Assembly: GCA_047921075.1 (NCBI GenBank)
Contig: JBLRWS010000002.1
Location: forward strand, 4,662 to 68,661
Direction: 5' to 3'
DNA: 64,000 nucleotides
DNA from: Balneolaceae bacterium
GTDB taxonomy: Bacteria; Bacteroidota; Rhodothermia; Balneolales; Balneolaceae
The notes beneath the pieces are model-generated. The model was not told where the DNA came from. It did no database searches and worked only from the letters and a program-made list of their open reading frames with translations. A program made the position numbers and the translations under genes. Each line of letters begins with the position of its first letter. The stretch's first letter is position 1. Of this stretch, positions 9,286 through 17,558 are shown one piece after another.

Positions 9286-9369
9286 CGGGGAGGAATTAAT
9301 CAAAATGGACTCCGTTTAACTCGTTATATTTGACTGTCTTTTAAACGAAAAGCAATCTATCAATTTATT

Positions 9370-10371
9370 TTGTCTGATCAGTCAACATACAAAGATGCCG
9401 GAGTAAATATAGAAGCCGGTGAACAGCTTGTCGAATCCATTAAGGATCTGGTAAAGGAGACGCACAACAGCTCGGTTCTGTCTAATATTGGTGGATTTGG
9501 AGCACTCTATATGCCCGATCTTTCCGGTTATAAACAGCCGGTTTTGGTTAGCAGTGTAGATGGAGTTGGTACCAAATTGATTGTGGCGTTTAAAAGCGGT
9601 GTATATGATACTGTTGGACAGGATCTCGTCAATCATTGTGTAAATGATATTGCCGTTTGCGGAGCTAAACCACTCTACTTTCTTGATTATTTTTCGACCG
9701 GAAAACTGGACCAGGGGATTGCTAAAGATGTGATTAAAGGATTTGCCCTTGCTTGTAAAGAGAACGATGTAGCTCTGATAGGAGGTGAAACAGCGGAAAT
9801 GCCCGATATTTATAAACAGGGTGAATTTGATCTGGCAGGAACGATTGTAGGTGTGGTTGAAAAGGATGAACTCATTACCGGATCGGCCATTAAACCGGGA
9901 GATGCGGTGATTGGATTTGCAAGCAATGGTCTGCATACCAACGGTTATTCACTGGCCCGGCACGTGTTGTTTAAGAAGTTTGATGTAACCGATAAACCAA
10001 ACGGATTCGATCAAACCGTTGGAGAGATTCTTCTGGCTGTTCACAAATCGTATCTATCTGTCATCAGCTCTCTAAAAATGGTAGAAGGCGTGAAAGGTTT
10101 TTCTCATATCACGGGTGGTGGGCTTGTTGGTAACACCAAACGAATTTTACCGGCTGGCTGCCGTTTATCAATTGATTGGAATAGCTGGAAGCGGCCGCCA
10201 ATCTTTTCACTCATTCAGGAAACCGGAAACGTACCGGAAGAGGATATGAGAGCAACGTTTAATCTTGGTATAGGTCTTGCCGTTGTGGCTGATAAAGAGG
10301 CTGTAGAAGAGATAAAACAACGAGCAGCAGAACGTGGCGAAGAGCCGTTACTAATTGGAACGATTGAGTAA
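9370..10371 (+). CDS. purM: Phosphoribosylformylglycinamidine cyclo-ligase (AIR synthetase)
   Basis: TTG start. Translation reads SDQSTYKDAGVNIEAGEQLVE...VDGVGTKL...DLVNHCVNDI...GGETAEMP. Confidence 0.93.
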   Translation: MSDQSTYKDAGVNIEAGEQLVESIKDLVKETHNSSVLSNIGGFGALYMPDLSGYKQPVLVSSVDGVGTKLIVAFKSGVYDTVGQDLVNHCVNDIAVCGAKPLYFLDYFSTGKLDQGIAKDVIKGFALACKENDVALIGGETAEMPDIYKQGEFDLAGTIVGVVEKDELITGSAIKPGDAVIGFASNGLHTNGYSLARHVLFKKFDVTDKPNGFDQTVGEILLAVHKSYLSVISSLKMVEGVKGFSHITGGGLVGNTKRILPAGCRLSIDWNSWKRPPIFSLIQETGNVPEEDMRATFNLGIGLAVVADKEAVEEIKQRAAERGEEPLLIGTIE

Positions 10372-10387
10372 GAAAAACAGACAAATT

Positions 10388-10726
10388 ATGGCTACAGTAA
10401 AACTTTTAAAAATTGCACACGGACGAAGCGGAGATAAAGGTAACGGAAGTAATGTGGGTATCATCGCCCGCCACCCGGATATCTATCCTTTTCTCAAAAA
10501 AGAACTTACCGCAGAGCGTGTTAAAGAGCACATGAAGCATATTTGTAAGGGAGATGTTGAGCGGTACGAGCTCGAAAATATAGGAGCTCTTAACTTTGTA
10601 CTGAATGAGAGCCTTGGCGGTGGAGGAACCGTATCATTGAAGCTGGATGCACAGGGTAAAACCCATGCGAGTTCACTACTTAGGATGGATATTGATGTAC
10701 CTGAATCGCTTTTGAAGCTTGTTTAA
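10388..10726 (+). CDS. Small stand-alone protein resembling the C-terminal domain of AtuA-family proteins
   Basis: Translation reads KIAHGRSGDKGNGSNVGIIAR...YELENIGALNFVLNESLGGGGTVSLKLDAQGK. This matches, from memory, the C-terminal region of acyclic-terpene-utilisation AtuA-like proteins. No DUF1446-type partner is nearby. Confidence 0.55.
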   Translation: MATVKLLKIAHGRSGDKGNGSNVGIIARHPDIYPFLKKELTAERVKEHMKHICKGDVERYELENIGALNFVLNESLGGGGTVSLKLDAQGKTHASSLLRMDIDVPESLLKLV

Positions 10727-11373
10727 GCGGTAAATTCTACAGCTTTATTAACGGCGGTTTTGATCGGCTGATCGCCCTGAACAAGATCCAGTGTTACATT
10801 ATATAAGGTGGATGTTTGTATGATGTGAAAGAGTGTGGCGGCCACGTCTTCCCTTGAAATTTCGCCCCGCTCCAAGGATGGCTGCAACTGAATGTTACCG
10901 TTTCCGGGTTCATTGGTTAACCGACCGGGTTTCAAGATAACATACGGTAATCCGCTTTTCCGTAAGGCCTCATCCGCTTCTGCTTTTGCCTTCTGATATA
11001 CCTTAAACACGTCACTCCCTCTTGGTTTGTCCAACCCCATAGCGCTGATCATAATGTAGCGCTTCGGCCCGATTTTTTTAGCAGCTTCGATTAGTTTAAT
11101 GGCACCATCGCGGTCTACGGTCCATTTTCGTTCGGCCCCGCTTCCGGGACCCGCACCGGCCGCAAAAACAACCACATCAGCACGCCCCACCGCCTGCGCA
11201 ATATCATTCTCATATTCTATATCACATAGAATGGGTTCTACTCCTATTTTTGCAAGCTCATCCATCTGCTCTTTTTTACGAATGAGTCCCCGCACCTGGT
11301 GGCTGTCATCAATCAGTAATGGATGTAACTTACGAGCGATTTGTCCGGCCGCTCCGACAATGGATATCTTCAT
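10723..11373 (-). CDS. NAD(P)-binding (NmrA/atypical SDR-like) protein
   Basis: MKISIVGAAGQIARKL is a Rossmann GxxGxxG-like motif, followed by VVVFAAGAGPGS. I chose the internal ATG at 11373. Confidence 0.8.
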   Translation of the reverse strand: MKISIVGAAGQIARKLHPLLIDDSHQVRGLIRKKEQMDELAKIGVEPILCDIEYENDIAQAVGRADVVVFAAGAGPGSGAERKWTVDRDGAIKLIEAAKKIGPKRYIMISAMGLDKPRGSDVFKVYQKAKAEADEALRKSGLPYVILKPGRLTNEPGNGNIQLQPSLERGEISREDVAATLFHIIQTSTLYNVTLDLVQGDQPIKTAVNKAVEFTA

Positions 11374-11496
11374 GGGTATAAATATGTTAGAATGATATGT
11401 GAGACTCTGCATACAGTAACGGTCTCGCGTTTGGTTCCATTCACTCTTTTTGTTGTAGATAGAGGGATGAATCTTTTTTTAAAACGAACTTTTGCT

Positions 11497-11504
11497 TAAT
11501 TTTG
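11497..11504 (+). promoter_or_regulatory. Possible Bacteroidota-type -7 promoter element (TAnnTTTG) for tRNA-Leu
   Basis: TAATTTTG lies 17 nt upstream of the tRNA 5' end. The extended string TTTTGGAGTCT recurs upstream of rpmB. No clear -33 element is visible. Confidence 0.3.
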
Positions 11505-11520
11505 GAGTCTGTTATGTAAT

Positions 11521-11604
11521 GCCCGAGTGGCGGAATTGGTAGACGCGTGCGCTTCAGGTGCGTATGTCCTTACGGACGTGGAGGTTCAAGTCCTCTCTCG
11601 GGTA
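11521..11604 (+). tRNA. tRNA-Leu (anticodon CAG), type II with a long variable arm
   Basis: Acceptor GCCCGAG pairs with CTCGGGT (G1-U72 wobble). The anticodon stem is TGCGC/GCGTA with loop TTCAGGT. The variable arm is TGTCCTTACGGACG and the T arm is GGAGG-TTCAAGT-CCTCT. Discriminator is A, and CCA is not encoded. Confidence 0.92.
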
Positions 11605-11940
11605 CAAAAAAGAGCTTGTCAGCTTTGCTGGCGGGCTTTTTCTTTTTCAGCAAATTTCTCATCTACTTTAAGATCTGAGCGTTGATGTTGCGAAGCAGTG
11701 CTCCGCGGTTCAAGTCCTCTCTCGGGTACGATAAAGCTCAGTAGATATTAATTCTGCTGAGCTTTTTTCTTTTTTAAGGCAGTAATGAAGTAAATCAGAT
11801 CCGAGCGCTGTTCTTCCGAAGCAGTGCTTCGGCCTCTCTCGGGTACAGTTACAAAGCCTGTCAGCTATGCTGGCGGGCTTTTTCTTTTTCAGCAAATTTC
11901 TCATCTACTTTAAGATCTGAGCGTTGATGGTGCAGATCCC
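11605..11940 (+). repeat. Tandem array of about 120-nt units containing tRNA-Leu 3'-end copies and terminator hairpins
   Basis: The 23-nt GGTTCAAGTCCTCTCTCGGGTAC (tRNA 11583-11605) is repeated exactly at 11707-11729, and its last 14 nt recur at 11833-11846. A 74-nt block at 11614-11687 is repeated at 11856-11929 with 2 mismatches. Three hairpin-plus-T-run terminators lie at 11614-11647, 11735-11775 and 11856-11889. Confidence 0.85.
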
Positions 11941-11944
11941 CCAG

Positions 11945-14878
11945 TCAGTTTGAAGTAAACAAAACGCTTACTCTATCCGCCTCAATATGCCATCCCAAAG
12001 AGAGGCCCATATCAAATAAAACATTGCCAAATCGAAACCGTGTTCGTATACCGGCTCCAATAACTGTTTGTGAGCTGTTCGAAAACCGATTGGTGCTCAG
12101 TGATGATATATCACCGACCGACTGGCTGAAAAGCAGAAGATAGATGTTGGAAAGGTAAGCGGGTACAAGAAGTCCGCCATCATCGGGGTAGGTGAGGGGG
12201 ATGGTATAGCGGGTGCCGATGATGCCCACATTGTTCTGCCCGGCTAATGGAAAACCGCCAAAGTGATCAGAAAAACGGGATTGTATATCAAAAACAGGCA
12301 CATCTGATTGCGTAATTCCCTCGAACGACAACCGCAGCGATTGATTCCATCGCCGGAGTGGCGAAACATAGCCGATAACACCCGCACGAAATCCCTGCCT
12401 TCGGGAAAAAACACCTTCAAAAGTCTGCAGCCCGGGAATGGTTATCGATAAATCGGCCCGGTTTAATCCAACCCGTGTCTGTGTAAAGAAGGATAAACCG
12501 GTATTGGGTTGTACGTCCCGCACAAATTGGCGCAGATTGATATTTACGTTGGTTGACAATCCCACGGTGTGCTGTGTTGCAAAATCTGAAAACTCATTTC
12601 TGGAGTCGAACGAGCTTCTGAATTTTAACTGGGAGAGGATGTATTCCGGCTCAATAAAGAGGGAAGAGAACCGTGCATTCTGCTCCAGACGCACAACAAA
12701 TGGAAGGGATAGAGATCCGCCACGCTGCTGGAGGATATTTTGGACAAAAAATGTATCCTGATTTTCATCTTGCACCCGGATGATATTGAATGTTGGCCGG
12801 CTGAAAAAACGAGCTTCAAATCCGGGATAGAAGCTTCGGTTACGGTATTGGATATCGTACCAAAACCGTTCGGCGAAATTGGTTACTTCCACAGAGTAAG
12901 CCTGTTCGCTTAGTACATCTACACTTTCCATTCGGATGCCAAACTCTGTAGAGTTCGGCCCCACGCGCGATTCAAGTGTTGGAACCCAAATTCTCGGTAC
13001 CAGCCATCCAAAACCGGTTCGGTGGGGCTGCTGATTCCACGATGATTGATCGGCCTCTTCGGTGCGGTTAAGCAGCGGCCGATCCAGAAGGCTTGTAAGA
13101 AGAGCGGGCCGGTTTTGCATATCATCATATACCGTTCGGTCCAACAGAGCGGCAGCAGGGACTGTGTACGGTATCTGCTCATTGCCACGTTGCCGGATAA
13201 GTGCAAGTTTATCCCCCTGCAATGACCAGGCCCCTTCAAAAGCGTTAAACAACGATTCTGTTTTTTGTACAATTTGATCGGTTTCAATGTGGTATTCGTA
13301 CAGGTTCAATTCTCCTGTATGATCGCTGGAGAAGAGAAGAATTGGTTTTGAGGGGTGCCACTGAGGGTCAAAAATGGAGCCGTGTGTAAATGCTACATCC
13401 GGATCGCGGGTTAGCAGCGTATCCACATCGGTAACAGATTCAATCCATAGTGCCTGCACACCGTGCCGTTTACCGACAATGGCTATGGTTGCCGGATCGT
13501 GATGGGCCAGATCAAATTCTACAACGCTGCTGTTATCACGCATGGGAAAGATTCGCCCAACTGATCCATCCGGATCGATGGTTACAAGCTGCAGGTGCTG
13601 GGAAACGGTCTGCAGGCCATACAATCCTGTTTCATTCTTTTTGGGATAGGATATTCGCCCGTTTACAGTAATTCGATCTGATTTACCGCTCTGAAGGTTC
13701 AGCCGATGGATGTCGCTCCGAAAAACATTCTGATAAATGGGATGGACATGATACCGGGCGAAGAGCAGTTCCCGGCGGCTCGAATCGAGGCTGTACCCCT
13801 GATCCTCCACAATGGATACTTCATGAATCAAACGGCTTTTCTGAGTTTCCAGGTCCACTGTGTAAAAACCGGTTGGCCGATTGCAGGTTCGTGCGTGGAA
13901 AAGCACGGTTTGATCATCGATCCAAAGTGGCCGCCGAATCTGAGTACAGGTTGAGTAGAACGGAACCTCGGCAGATGCGGCTTCAAGAGATGTTGAGTTT
14001 AATGCAGACAGCCGCTGCTGCTCTTTTTCGTTTTGATAGGTTTCGAAATCACGGTACAACCGAGCCGGCGATGAACCCGTAACGTTCCTTAACGCCATAC
14101 CCATTCCTAAAAACGGATATTGGTGATGCCGCCGTATGGCTTTTCTCATTGTATCCTCGCCGTAGGTATTGGTGAGCCAGGCTACAAATTCGTATCCGCC
14201 GATGTAATGGCGATTAAAGGGAGGGGTGAAGGATGAGATGTGAGCTACTCGCCCCATGGACCATTGGTCTGCATCGAGCATTGCAGTAAATTGGTTGGAG
14301 AAGAACGGATAGTTACCGCGCCCCGAGTGCGGCATGGTATTGTGGCTTTCGTGATGAACGGCAACTCCCTCCAAAAAGCCGGATGGCGCGGCACCGTGAA
14401 GAGACCGCGCAGCATCATTCGAAAACAGACGGGTTACATTACCAACCAACCCGGTTTGCACCGAACTGAAGTGCAGCGCGTGCACAAGTTCATGAGGAAC
14501 GACGCTTTCAAGCCAATCACCGGAACGCGGACTGAGCGCTTTGCCCCGAATGGGGGCAAGTTCAATTTCGGATCTGAAATTAAAGGGAGTTACAAATCCA
14601 TTTGAACGGTCGTTATTCGGGTTCAGAATAACGGGAAATCGGCGAAGGTCTCCATCAACAAACGCCTGTATATCGTCATATTCAAGCTCTAAAATGGCCA
14701 TCGTACGCTCAGCCTCTTGTTGATAGGCGGCGGGATAGATCACCCGAAACCGGTCGGTAGTTAATTCCTGCCAGTTTAACTTGGGCAGTCGGTGCTGTAC
14801 GGGATAGAATTGTGCGGTTGCGTCACACACACCAATCAGTAACAGAAGAAAAAGGAGACCGAGTTGTTTACGAATCAT
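11945..14878 (-). CDS. Large exported protein: HExxH metallopeptidase-like N-domain, beta-propeller repeats and a probable C-terminal beta-barrel
   Basis: The 977 aa product has signal peptide MIRKQLGLLFLLLLIGVCDATAQ and the motif VVPHELVHALHF (HExxH). The middle has TolB/PD40-like strings (WHPSKPILLFSSDHTGELNLYEY). The C-terminal third alternates hydrophobic and polar residues like an outer-membrane barrel. Confidence 0.7.
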   Translation of the reverse strand: MIRKQLGLLFLLLLIGVCDATAQFYPVQHRLPKLNWQELTTDRFRVIYPAAYQQEAERTMAILELEYDDIQAFVDGDLRRFPVILNPNNDRSNGFVTPFNFRSEIELAPIRGKALSPRSGDWLESVVPHELVHALHFSSVQTGLVGNVTRLFSNDAARSLHGAAPSGFLEGVAVHHESHNTMPHSGRGNYPFFSNQFTAMLDADQWSMGRVAHISSFTPPFNRHYIGGYEFVAWLTNTYGEDTMRKAIRRHHQYPFLGMGMALRNVTGSSPARLYRDFETYQNEKEQQRLSALNSTSLEAASAEVPFYSTCTQIRRPLWIDDQTVLFHARTCNRPTGFYTVDLETQKSRLIHEVSIVEDQGYSLDSSRRELLFARYHVHPIYQNVFRSDIHRLNLQSGKSDRITVNGRISYPKKNETGLYGLQTVSQHLQLVTIDPDGSVGRIFPMRDNSSVVEFDLAHHDPATIAIVGKRHGVQALWIESVTDVDTLLTRDPDVAFTHGSIFDPQWHPSKPILLFSSDHTGELNLYEYHIETDQIVQKTESLFNAFEGAWSLQGDKLALIRQRGNEQIPYTVPAAALLDRTVYDDMQNRPALLTSLLDRPLLNRTEEADQSSWNQQPHRTGFGWLVPRIWVPTLESRVGPNSTEFGIRMESVDVLSEQAYSVEVTNFAERFWYDIQYRNRSFYPGFEARFFSRPTFNIIRVQDENQDTFFVQNILQQRGGSLSLPFVVRLEQNARFSSLFIEPEYILSQLKFRSSFDSRNEFSDFATQHTVGLSTNVNINLRQFVRDVQPNTGLSFFTQTRVGLNRADLSITIPGLQTFEGVFSRRQGFRAGVIGYVSPLRRWNQSLRLSFEGITQSDVPVFDIQSRFSDHFGGFPLAGQNNVGIIGTRYTIPLTYPDDGGLLVPAYLSNIYLLLFSQSVGDISSLSTNRFSNSSQTVIGAGIRTRFRFGNVLFDMGLSLGWHIEADRVSVLFTSN

Positions 14879-14884
14879 AGCTGA

Positions 14885-16129
14885 TTATAAAAATAGGAGC
14901 CAAAAAACGGTTGCCAATGCAAAGCCGGTTAAAAACAGAAGCCCGCTGTAGGCCAGTATCCGAAGCCACGGTTTGGGGCGGAATTTGTCCGGAATATCCC
15001 TCCCTAAAATGAGGCGAATATTTAAATATGCCAATACCGGGGCCATTAAAAAAGAGAGCGAGGTGGCAAAATCAATCAGCAGGCGGAAGTGATCGCCGGC
15101 ATATACAAGAATCAGGAAAGCGACCGTACTGATGGAAATCAGCAATATGCGATACCACTGTGTGGTGGAAAAGCGCCGGTTTGGCCGCACAGTTTCAATC
15201 AGGATAGCACAGACGCGTGGATACGTATCCGCCACGGCGAAGGTAGTGCTGAACATGGTAGAGAATGCACAGATTACGATAATGGCATACGACCAATCGC
15301 CAAGCGTGAGAGTATACAACGAAATGAGTTGCTTTGAGAACGCCCCGCCGCTGGCTGCAAAATCTGTTCCCGATCCGTGCAGTATCAACGCCCCCAGCGA
15401 CAGAAACAATAACGCAATCACCGCGGCACCGATGTACCCGATGTTGAAATCGAGAAGGGACTCCTTCAGCGTAGGTTTATAGCGTGTCTGTTTTTCGCGC
15501 TCCAATGTCCATATCGAGTGCCAAACGGAAGCATCGACCGGAATGGGCATCCACCCCATCAATGCAATAAGAAATGCAAATCCTGCGGCGCTCCAGAGTT
15601 CGGGAGAAGCTGAAGCGCTCTCCGCTGCAACGCCGGTTTGGAACAGCGCAGCAACCACTGCAATAACAGTGGAGACAGCCAGTAACACCATGAAGAACTT
15701 GATGATGCCATCCAGAATTGCATAGGAGCCGCGAATAAGCAGCGATACACAAAGTGCCAGAACGATCCCGCTCCAAAGCTGCGGCGAAAGGGTGATGCCC
15801 GTAAGCTCTGCGGCAAGGCTTGCTGTAACTATGGTGACGGCAGCCAATACTGCAAACATCGAACCGACGGTGAAGACAATGAAAATCCAGAGAGGAATGC
15901 GGCCCAATTTGGCATATCCATGAATCATGTGGTTGCCGGTTGCGATGGCATACCGCGGCCCAAATTCTAAAAACGGGTATTTAAAAAGGTTGGCCAAAAC
16001 CACCGCCCATACCAAGGCAAACCCAAAATCGGCGCCGGCCCGGGTAGATTGCACCAGATGAGAGACCCCGATGGCGGCAGCAGCCATGATCAGTCCGGGG
16101 CCGATACTTTTTTTGAGCTCTTCTGTCAA
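14885..16129 (-). CDS. NRAMP-family divalent metal cation transporter
   Basis: The 414 aa polytopic product has GPGLIMAAAAIGVSHLVQSTRAGADFGFALVW, the typical Nramp N-terminal motif. Confidence 0.85.
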   Translation of the reverse strand: MTEELKKSIGPGLIMAAAAIGVSHLVQSTRAGADFGFALVWAVVLANLFKYPFLEFGPRYAIATGNHMIHGYAKLGRIPLWIFIVFTVGSMFAVLAAVTIVTASLAAELTGITLSPQLWSGIVLALCVSLLIRGSYAILDGIIKFFMVLLAVSTVIAVVAALFQTGVAAESASASPELWSAAGFAFLIALMGWMPIPVDASVWHSIWTLEREKQTRYKPTLKESLLDFNIGYIGAAVIALLFLSLGALILHGSGTDFAASGGAFSKQLISLYTLTLGDWSYAIIVICAFSTMFSTTFAVADTYPRVCAILIETVRPNRRFSTTQWYRILLISISTVAFLILVYAGDHFRLLIDFATSLSFLMAPVLAYLNIRLILGRDIPDKFRPKPWLRILAYSGLLFLTGFALATVFWLLFL

Positions 16130-16307
16130 CCAGGTTCGGTTCTGTTTTTGGTTGTTCCGAATATGATCATTATCAACCGAAAAGAAAACGGATTTCGTTA
16201 TACAAGTGCAAAGGGATTTCCATTTGTGGAACCAAATCGATCGATAAACCCTTATATTATTAACACATCAATCTGCTAACACCAAGTAAACCAAGAGGTA
16301 CTAACGA

Positions 16308-17432
16308 ATGGACAAAAAGCGAATCGATGCTCTTCTGCAATACCGCGCTCCCAACTCAGTCACCATCACGCTGCCTACACACGAGAAAGGAGAAGGGGTG
16401 AAACAGGACCCCATCCGGCTCAAAAATCTTATCAAAGAAGCGGAAGATCAGTTGGTTTCCCGCGGCATGAAACAAAAAGAGGCCGAATCACTCCTTGAAG
16501 AAGTTAAAGAGCTGATTTCCAAACCTATTTTCTGGGCATACATGGATGATGGATTGGTTATCATGAAATCGGATGAAGAAACGGAAATTGTTAAAACGCC
16601 CTACCCGGTTGAAGAGCGCGTCTATGTGCGCGATCATTTTTTGGTTACACCCCTTCTGCCGCTTATCAGTATGGACGGGACGTTTTCACTGCTTGCTGTA
16701 AGCCGTAAAAACGTTCGCCTGTTGGCATGTACACGCAATAGTGTTGCCAATATAACACCCGAGTCAGCTGAAACGTCGATTGACGAATATCTGGAAGAGG
16801 CTCCCGAAAAAGAGCTCCAATTCCACACCGGCGCCGATGGAAAAGACGCCATGTTTTTCGGCCACGGTTCCGGCAAGGATGAGAAAAAAAATGTATTGGA
16901 AGCCTTTTTCCGGCGGCTGGAAGATGAGCTTACCCCTGTGCTCAATCGGCGAAAAGACCCGCTGATTATTGCCGGACTTGAGGATAACATCGCCTTTTAC
17001 AAGAAGTATAATCAGTACAACCGAACCATGCCTCAAACGGTGGGCATGAATCCCGATGAACTCAGCGATGATGAGCTTCGTGACAAAGGGTGGGAGCAGA
17101 TACAGTCTTATTTCCTGAAGGAGATGTACGCCTCCATCAATATGATTCAGGAAAATCAGAACAAGCTGGTCTCCAATAATCTGTCTGATATTATCGAAAA
17201 TACCATCATGGGCAAATCAAAGACGGTGTTCATTGCCACCAATGAACGTGTTTTTGGCCGTTATGATGATGAGAATCACGATGTAAAGATTGCTCCGTCT
17301 CCCTCGGAAGAGGATATTGACCTCCTGAACTTTCTTGCTCTGAAGGCGCGGGAAACAGGGGCCGATGTGTATGCGCTGCCGAAAACAGAGATGCCTATAC
17401 AAGCCAATACGGCAGCCGAATTCCGGTTTTAA
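16308..17432 (+). CDS. eRF1/Pelota-like protein (bacterial baeRF-type family), function unknown
   Basis: The 374 aa product has N-terminal VTITLPTHEKGEGVKQDPIRLKNLIKEAE and a central FSLLAVSRKNVRLL. It also has a Gly-rich loop FFGHGSGKDEKK and a C-terminal ADVYALP...AAEFRF. This recalls eRF1 domain-3 endings. Family assignment is from memory only. Confidence 0.5.
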   Translation: MDKKRIDALLQYRAPNSVTITLPTHEKGEGVKQDPIRLKNLIKEAEDQLVSRGMKQKEAESLLEEVKELISKPIFWAYMDDGLVIMKSDEETEIVKTPYPVEERVYVRDHFLVTPLLPLISMDGTFSLLAVSRKNVRLLACTRNSVANITPESAETSIDEYLEEAPEKELQFHTGADGKDAMFFGHGSGKDEKKNVLEAFFRRLEDELTPVLNRRKDPLIIAGLEDNIAFYKKYNQYNRTMPQTVGMNPDELSDDELRDKGWEQIQSYFLKEMYASINMIQENQNKLVSNNLSDIIENTIMGKSKTVFIATNERVFGRYDDENHDVKIAPSPSEEDIDLLNFLALKARETGADVYALPKTEMPIQANTAAEFRF

Positions 17433-17558
17433 ATAGATTGAGACCTTATAAAGCCCGGCCATCTGTTGGTGGTCGGGTTTTTTTATCTTTCACACGTTTT
17501 TTCAATTCTGTTAGCTACATTTATCTTATACGTCCATTTTAAAAAACCACTGCTCTAT

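Noticed and set aside
11494-11511. The shared 11-mer TTTTGGAGTCT upstream of both tRNA-Leu and rpmB (second copy at 29985-29995), considered as a specific regulatory motif.
   Set aside because: Exact 11-mer sharing is expected by chance hundreds of times among all position pairs in 64 kb. I kept it only as weak support for TAnnTTTG-type promoters.
11710-11904. A 64 aa minus-strand ORF within the tRNA-Leu repeat array.
   Set aside because: It spans terminator hairpins and tRNA-fragment repeats. The repeats explain the open frame, and there is no coding signature.
11521-11940. Integrated genomic island or prophage at tRNA-Leu, or a CRISPR-like array.
   Set aside because: Direct repeats of the tRNA 3' end are present, but only about 120 bp separates them. 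No integrase, cargo or spacer-like unique segments of regular length exist. The repeat units are degenerate and contain terminators, unlike CRISPR repeats.
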